Of a stretch of 64,000 nucleotides of DNA, positions 57,885-64,000 are shown piece after piece. The DNA comes from Setoptus koraiensis (Eukaryota > Animalia > Arthropoda): the NCBI GenBank assembly GCA_048013815.1, contig CM106586.1, positions 5,828,001 through 5,892,000 on the forward strand. The letters run 5' to 3'. Under the pieces are notes generated by a model, which searched no databases, had not been told where the DNA came from, and was given only the letters and a program-made list of their open reading frames with translations. Position numbers and translations under genes: made by a program. The stretch's first letter is position 1; each line of letters starts with the position of its first letter.

Positions 57885-59884
57885 GCAATCTGACAGTGAG
57901 CTCCAGGCCAAACACACACAAACGGATCTGTGGGTCGGTCGCTTGAAAACCGGAACTTGCAGCTTAATGGAGTGAGTGATTATTGAATCATATCTCTCTA
58001 TTGCGGGCGCCGACAGCCTGTCGGCCGGCAAAACATGTTGTGCAAGCTGGCTCAATTACACACAACAATGGCAAAAGTATTTATTATTTGGGCCACTGGT
58101 CGAGTTAGAATTGGAGCTTGCTCCAACGAACACGTACTGAGCTTCCTTTGTGGCAACAGTAGAAAGCGTTACAAACGCTAGCGAGAACAGTTAGTAGCCG
58201 TGATGACCGATGATCACATCACGTTGCTGGTGGCTTCATTAGCTAACTGTTGTCGATGCAATCTATACAGTTATATATTGTTTCTCGATGATGTTTGGTA
58301 TCGACGCAATACACCTGATCGACTGTGAGATTATTCATTGCACCGCCGGCGTTAGATGCACTGACATTTAATCTAGATAAATATAATAACTACGACTTGT
58401 GTGTATAGTAGTGATAATAGTTGTTGCCAGCACATATGGGTTCGTTATGCCAATTTGGCCAGTCCCATGGCAAAGCCCCCAACAAGCATGAGCCTGATAC
58501 TTGCACATTTGGGCAACACATCGCATGCGGGCAACGTTCGCGAACGCAATAATTGATGATTACTAACAATCATGACGATTTTATACAATGCATACCGGTA
58601 GCATGAAATGAATATGATACAACCATAATACAATCATAATACAATTCATGATACAATCAAAGAAGCGTTCTCAGAGAATCGTCCAGAGCACAACAACTCG
58701 CCACTAACTAACAACTTGTTAGTGCAAGTAAACTGCGTTTAACTGCAAACGACAACAGTGTCAAATAATCAATTAGCTCACAGCAGCACATTTTGACACA
58801 TTTTAGCGCCGGATATTTGCCTGCTTTCGTTCATTGAGAATTCATTGAGAAATTCGGTTCCTAAATGAACAAAAGCCACGAGTTCTCGGTTTTTCGGTTT
58901 CTATGAGAATTTTTGGTTGGCCTTACAACAGTCCGAGAGTGAAATTTGAGAGAGTGTCCGGTTGCAAGCTGCAACTGTCAAAATAGAGAGCTACTGTTCA
59001 CATCAGACAGACTGGTGCCGGGTGGAGCAGTTTGACGACAACGCAATCAAACATTGTGTGCTGATCACTTCAAGTGATTCTTCAACTGACCCTCTGTCAT
59101 AGCAACAACAGCACACGTAACGACGATACAATTTGAAGCAAATTCCGGGTTTTAAGCATGAAATATAGATGAAAATCGGCGTTTTCGGTGTTAACAAATA
59201 CGTCTCAAACGACGTATCTAGTTGTACTATGTTGCCCTAGAAATTTTCAGGACCGTATCTCTCTACTCATCGTGGATCGGTTTTTGACCGATTTTGTTGT
59301 CCCCAATCATACGTAATGATACGCGCGTGATAGACTCATTATATATATGTCAGCCGATGTTGACCTTAACGACGTCATCAATCGTCTCGTGATCGATGCA
59401 ACAAACGATACATGAGTTTCCGAAGTTCAGTCGTCATTTGAGTAGAGCAAGTAACAGTCCCAGGTATAACCAGTAGCTTAAGTGTCATTCTAGGCAGCGC
59501 ACCCCTGTTATTCAACTGTGCTAGTATAGTATATCATCGGCGAAGAAACTAAAAGAAGATTAAATAATTGAAAGTGTCCTCATCATGGCCGATAGGAAAT
59601 ACGATATGAATCGAATTATTATGGAGCACTTCAAATATTTCCGTTTGTACTCTATGCTCATCAATTATATGGTTGACTTGACGAAAAAATGGTAGTTACC
59701 AAATAGTGGATGAACATAGAGTACAGGCGGAAGATGTTATGATGAGTTATAATCAACGACAACTTCTCTGTCACACATCTACATGTCTGGACAAATAGAT
59801 TTGCGTTGATGATCAAAACTGATTTATCGTGGTCACTGCGGTCAGTCCTCTAGTTCTCATGAATATCTCGAAGCTTTAACTTTA

Positions 59885-60787
59885 TTAGACCAAGCATTTG
59901 GCAATAAATTGCTTTGCATCATTCATCTCCTCGGCGCAGGTTTCATGTCCCAGATTGGCATAAATTTTGAATGTGTAATTGTCGGCAAGAAAACTCTTCA
60001 TTTTGCCGACTTGATTGTCACCAGATTGAACCCACGACAACCGAATCATTTCATCATGAGTTCCATGGCACTGCAGTATAGGTATTGTGAGATTTACATT
60101 TTGTGCTGCCTCGGGGAAGTCATCGGCCAATGGCAGCCAACACGACAAGGCTAAAACTCCGGCCAGTTTCTTTGGGTACCTCAGCGCACTGTAGAGGGCC
60201 ATTGCTCCACCCTGAGAGAATCCAGCAATCACAATTTTGTCATGCGGTATGCCCGTCTTAATTTGCTCCTCAATAAGATTGTGTATAATAGTACAGGACT
60301 CCTTGACGCCCTCGCAATCCTCGGGCTTGATGGAGTTTGAACTTATACGATCGAACCAGGCGGGCATTTCCATACCCATGTTGATTGTGATTGGACGGGT
60401 AGGCCTAGCGGGAATCAGTGATAGGAAGATTCAATTCAGAGAATAAATGAGGACGAATAAGATGACTTGATGGCACTTGCGCTCAATTCTCACTAATCAC
60501 TTACGCATCAGGGCAGATACAATTAACATTTGGACCTGCCATCCATTGTGCCTCGTCTTTCCATGATAGTCCGGAGCCCCCTCGACCATGTAGGAATATC
60601 AGCTGGTTGACAATGATAATAGGAGATGCAGAAGGTGAAGGTGTGAAGGTTGTCGCTGTTACGTCATTGTAAGAAGCACGAACTGTATTGTATGTCCATT
60701 GGTAGGTATTCAGTGTAACACTTGATGGTATTATTAATTATAATAATTAACTATAATAGCTCAACTTACTGCAGCCGATTTGGTCAT
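59885..60787 (-). CDS. Acyl-protein thioesterase paralog B; exons 60770-60787, 60505-60602, 59885-60404
   Basis: MTKSAA|LIFLHGRGGSG..CICPDA|PTRPITINMGMEMPAWFD, AGFSQGGAMAL, LSCWLPL, QCHGTHDEMI, YANLGHET. Intron positions and phases are identical to paralog A. Confidence 0.9.
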
Positions 60788-61324
60788 GGTGGATGAAGAG
60801 AGTTTGGATATCACCAAGTTGGTCTGGACTCTACAAATGGAGCTGAATGTGGCCAGCATAAGCTTTTTGACCAAGTTGAAATTTCCTCAGTATTTATTGA
60901 AACTTTGACAACTTTTGATAATTGTTGATAATCGATCCGCAGATAATAATACACGGCAGATTATGGTAAGTGAAGTAATGCATCAATTGTTAAATCATGT
61001 AAGGTAGAAATAACCACGGCTTCATAATGCCATGCGACACGCTTTGTTTACATCCTCTTCAATGATTATTCAATCAGCTGTTTACAGGTGTTTTGATCCC
61101 GGCTAGTGTAGATGGTTAAAACTCGTGGCCTGTATTACACGTAAGAATGATTTAATATTAATTAGTTAATTAATATTACCCGTTGTATACACGCAAGAAT
61201 AAAAGCCAGAATAACAAGCTATACTGGTTATACCAGTCTAAGAGCGCTTAATTTTTCGGGTGAGAGCGCCACAAGCGACCAATTACATTCTGCCGATTGA
61301 GTCCTATTTCCTGGACGCCTTCAC

Positions 61325-61885
61325 ATATCAAATGAAAATCATGTGGGAGCATCACTATAGACACGAGTGGAGTCATCCTCTATGGAGACGGACAATGTTG
61401 TTTCGTCCATCGCAAAACTGGTTTGAGAGACCGAGGAAAGAGTTATGTGACGAATTTAATTGTCATATCTACCTCTTCGCAGAAAACCGAATCGCTAGCA
61501 ATCATTGTAGAGTCATGTTATCCAAAAAATTCAAAATTAACGAAGAAAATGGGTCATGTATACCAAGGCTCTCTAGATCTCTGAATATTAACAAAGAAAA
61601 TCGCTCCTTATATGCGTATCGATATTCAGAGATCTAGAGAGCCTTGGTATATATGGCCCATTTTCTTCGTTAATTTTGAATTTTTCGGATAACATGACTC
61701 TACAATGATTGCTAGCGATTCGGTTTTCTGCGAAGAGGTAGATATGACAATTAAATTCGTCACATAACTCTTTCCTCGGTCTCTCGAACCAGTTTTGCGA
61801 TGGACGAAACAACATTGTCCGTCTCCATAGAGGATGACTCCACTCGTGTCTATAGTGATGCTCTCACATGATTTTCATTTGATAT
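61325..61885. repeat. Near-perfect inverted repeat: 264-bp arms (61325-61588, 61622-61885), 33-nt loop
   Basis: Manual alignment gives 259/264 identity, five transitions, no indels. Confidence 0.97.
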
Positions 61886-62444
61886 ATAATCATCAACCCA
61901 ATAGCTACATAATTAAGCGCTGAAAAAAATAACTCTGTTATGAGATGGGCATGACAGTTGTTGTTTCGTCACTCGTCCAGGGCTGGTCTTCTAAACCAAT
62001 TAATGGTAGTGCAAAGTTTGATTTGCATTTGTCAGAATCAACTATTTATCATAGTGGAAGCGAAAAACTATTCCAACGTGACGAGAATTTGGAGAAATCA
62101 ACCAGTTCTATCGATACACCCGAACAATCTTCGGAATCTAATCGTACGCAACAGAAGGATAGTAATAGAGACAACTGATGTATGTCAATGATTGTTATTT
62201 TAATTGATTTACTGCTGTTATTATGTTTGCATAAACCATGAATCATCATGTAACAATTTCGCACAAGTTTACCTAATGAATCTCGGTGAAAGCCGGATTA
62301 TTGATTTCACCGCGGATACGTTTGTTATCTTTTTTTTTTGTACATGGTGCGATGTGATAAAAAGTAAAGAAAACTTTCAACAGATTGCTAGACATATAAC
62401 TTAATAAGAACTGTACAAGATGTAGTGATTGGATTAGAGATGTA

Positions 62445-64000
62445 TCATCGGGCAGTTGTTTCTGTCACGCCGAAGAAGGCCTTCTTGGCCTCTGAAATCT
62501 TTGATCTGAGCTGGAATATATCATTTGTTTGGGCATCATTCAATTGCGACGAGGACGACACCGATAACGAGTCACTCAATCCGGTGTTGTTGTCCAGAGA
62601 ATCCGATGCATTATTGTTGTTGCCTGTTGAATGATCGTCGGTGTTGCTGTCGATCGCTTTCAGCACCACCAAGTCATATGAGGAATCGTCGGACGTGGAC
62701 GAGCCACTCTGCTGGCCAGCTTCTGTTGGGGCGCCAGTGTTGTTGTCCTGCCAATTATCGGACAATTGCGAGCCGCTGTCGCAACTGTCGGCCATTCTCA
62801 AGCTGATGTTGTCCTCTTGATGGTAATGAGGTGAATCATCGATTTGTTGCTGTTGCAGTTGCAAATATTGTTGATTGTCGTTGTTGTCCGCGATTGGCGC
62901 CTCTATTGGGGCCTTCATGAATTCAACATCGACCAGACTAGCTGTTGATTTGGCCAAATTATGATCTAATCCGTTGGACATGATCATATTTGTCTGACGG
63001 CTCACATTTAAACCTGGCGTTGCGACACTAGTCGACACTTGAATCATTGTGGGAGTGCTCGCGTATCTAGTGAGATTGGCCTGATACTGTTGTTGCTGTT
63101 GTTGTTGTTGTTGCTGTTGTTGTTGGCCAGTTGTGACGCTTATCGAGTCTTTGCTGGTCGACAAACCATTCATGGTGAACTCATTGGCTACGGCGAACGC
63201 GATCGGACCCCTCTTCGGTTGGTTGTCCATTAATTCAAGTTTCGGGGGATCCATGTGAATTTGTTGCTGTTGCTGGTGATACTTGTCGTAGATCGCTTGC
63301 TTATCCCTGTTGTCTGAAGCAAGCTGAGCTGTTGTTGTTGTTGCTGGCTGACCAACGGTGTCCAGCGAACGGTAATCAGGCGGATTGGCGGCGGCAACAT
63401 AGGCTCTCAAATCTGGGCCAATCTCTATTTTCAGATCAATAGTGGTGCCCGGTTGCTGTTGTTGTTGTTGCTGCTGTTGTTGTGGTTGAGGTTGTAGTAG
63501 TTGCGTTTGATACAAGGATGAATAGGGACAACAGGCGCTTAGTTGCGGCATGAGACAACAGCCTGTAGTGATAAACTGTTGCTGTTGCTGGAAAGGATAA
63601 AAACCATTGAGCGATGATACATATTGCGGACATTGTGAGCTATACACACTTTGTTGGTTGTTGTAACAACAAGCAGCAGGATAATGATAATTGTAGGAAG
63701 CATGCTGTTGTTGGCCGGTTGTTGTTGCTGTTGTTGGCATTAGACTAGCGTGTGGATTTGTTGTTTGGCCGGTGGTAGCTGGAACGCAAGGACATTGTTG
63801 TTGCGGCGAGGCGACAACAAAACTAATGTTGTTGTTGTTGTTGTTGTGCGTTAGTGGTTTGCACGACATTTGGCACTCTTGTTGTTGTTGTTGTTGTTGT
63901 TGTTGATCGCAATTACAATAAATATCTCGGCAAATAAATTTATCTGTCAGCGCCATAGACGACGAATCAATAGAATCGCTGGGCGCTTGTTTGTCGCTTG
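62445..64000 (-). CDS. Poly-Q/Cys/Ser-rich low-complexity protein; 3' part of a gene that runs off the window
   Basis: Frame is open from the window edge through the Met at 63956 to the stop at 62445. No recognisable domain; basic C-terminal motif LRSKISEAKKAFFG. Confidence 0.65.
   Translation of the reverse strand, partial: SDKQAPSDSIDSSSMALTDKFICRDIYCNCDQQQQQQQQQECQMSCKPLTHNNNNNNISFVVASPQQQCPCVPATTGQTTNPHASLMPTTATTTGQQQHASYNYHYPAACCYNNQQSVYSSQCPQYVSSLNGFYPFQQQQQFITTGCCLMPQLSACCPYSSLYQTQLLQPQPQQQQQQQQQQPGTTIDLKIEIGPDLRAYVAAANPPDYRSLDTVGQPATTTTAQLASDNRDKQAIYDKYHQQQQQIHMDPPKLELMDNQPKRGPIAFAVANEFTMNGLSTSKDSISVTTGQQQQQQQQQQQQQYQANLTRYASTPTMIQVSTSVATPGLNVSRQTNMIMSNGLDHNLAKSTASLVDVEFMKAPIEAPIADNNDNQQYLQLQQQQIDDSPHYHQEDNISLRMADSCDSGSQLSDNWQDNNTGAPTEAGQQSGSSTSDDSSYDLVVLKAIDSNTDDHSTGNNNNASDSLDNNTGLSDSLSVSSSSQLNDAQTNDIFQLRSKISEAKKAFFGVTETTAR

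Noticed and set aside
50600-58700. Dozens of 60-275 aa ORFs in the GC-richer tract, including poly-C and poly-L ORFs
   Set aside because: They occur in all frames and both strands, follow tandem repeats and local GC content, and show no domain similarity.
61260-61815. Two similar ORFs (125 aa + and 75 aa -) as a duplicated gene pair
   Set aside because: They are mirror images produced by the inverted repeat; neither has an independent gene structure.

Overview
AT-rich, gene-dense animal DNA with about 18 recognisable or probable protein genes. Several normally multi-intron genes are intronless and the surviving GT-AG introns are mostly about 85-125 bp. Together with an arthropod-type COX5B and many poly-Q/N insertions, this suggests a miniaturised arthropod genome such as an eriophyoid mite (inference). 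Gene order: COX5B(-), muskelin(+), SSUH2(+), TOGARAM/FAM179(-), B4GAT1(-), TCF25(-), an orphan ORF, a secreted pepsin-like protein(+), syntenin(-), an N-terminally truncated TAF5(-), WDR48(+), acyl-protein thioesterase A(+), PMM(-), NDUFAF4(+), a His-rich orphan(+), VPS52(-), CCZ1(+), TMEM181(-), a 9-kb repeat-rich gene-poor tract, acyl-protein thioesterase B(-), and a poly-Q ORF running off the right edge. The most notable non-coding structures are: (1) a TATA-driven, ORF-free, extensively base-paired ~280-nt segment at 19.2-19.5 kb whose 5' end (small hairpin followed by CCTAACC) resembles a telomerase-RNA boundary element plus template; (2) a 264-bp near-perfect hairpin at 61.3-61.9 kb whose mismatches are mostly G-U compatible on the + strand, a candidate hpRNA/endo-siRNA locus; (3) a noisy 1.2-kb fold-back at the left edge, probably a long-read artefact, overlapping a 243-bp direct repeat that brackets COX5B. 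I saw no tRNA, rRNA, CRISPR array or intact transposase.
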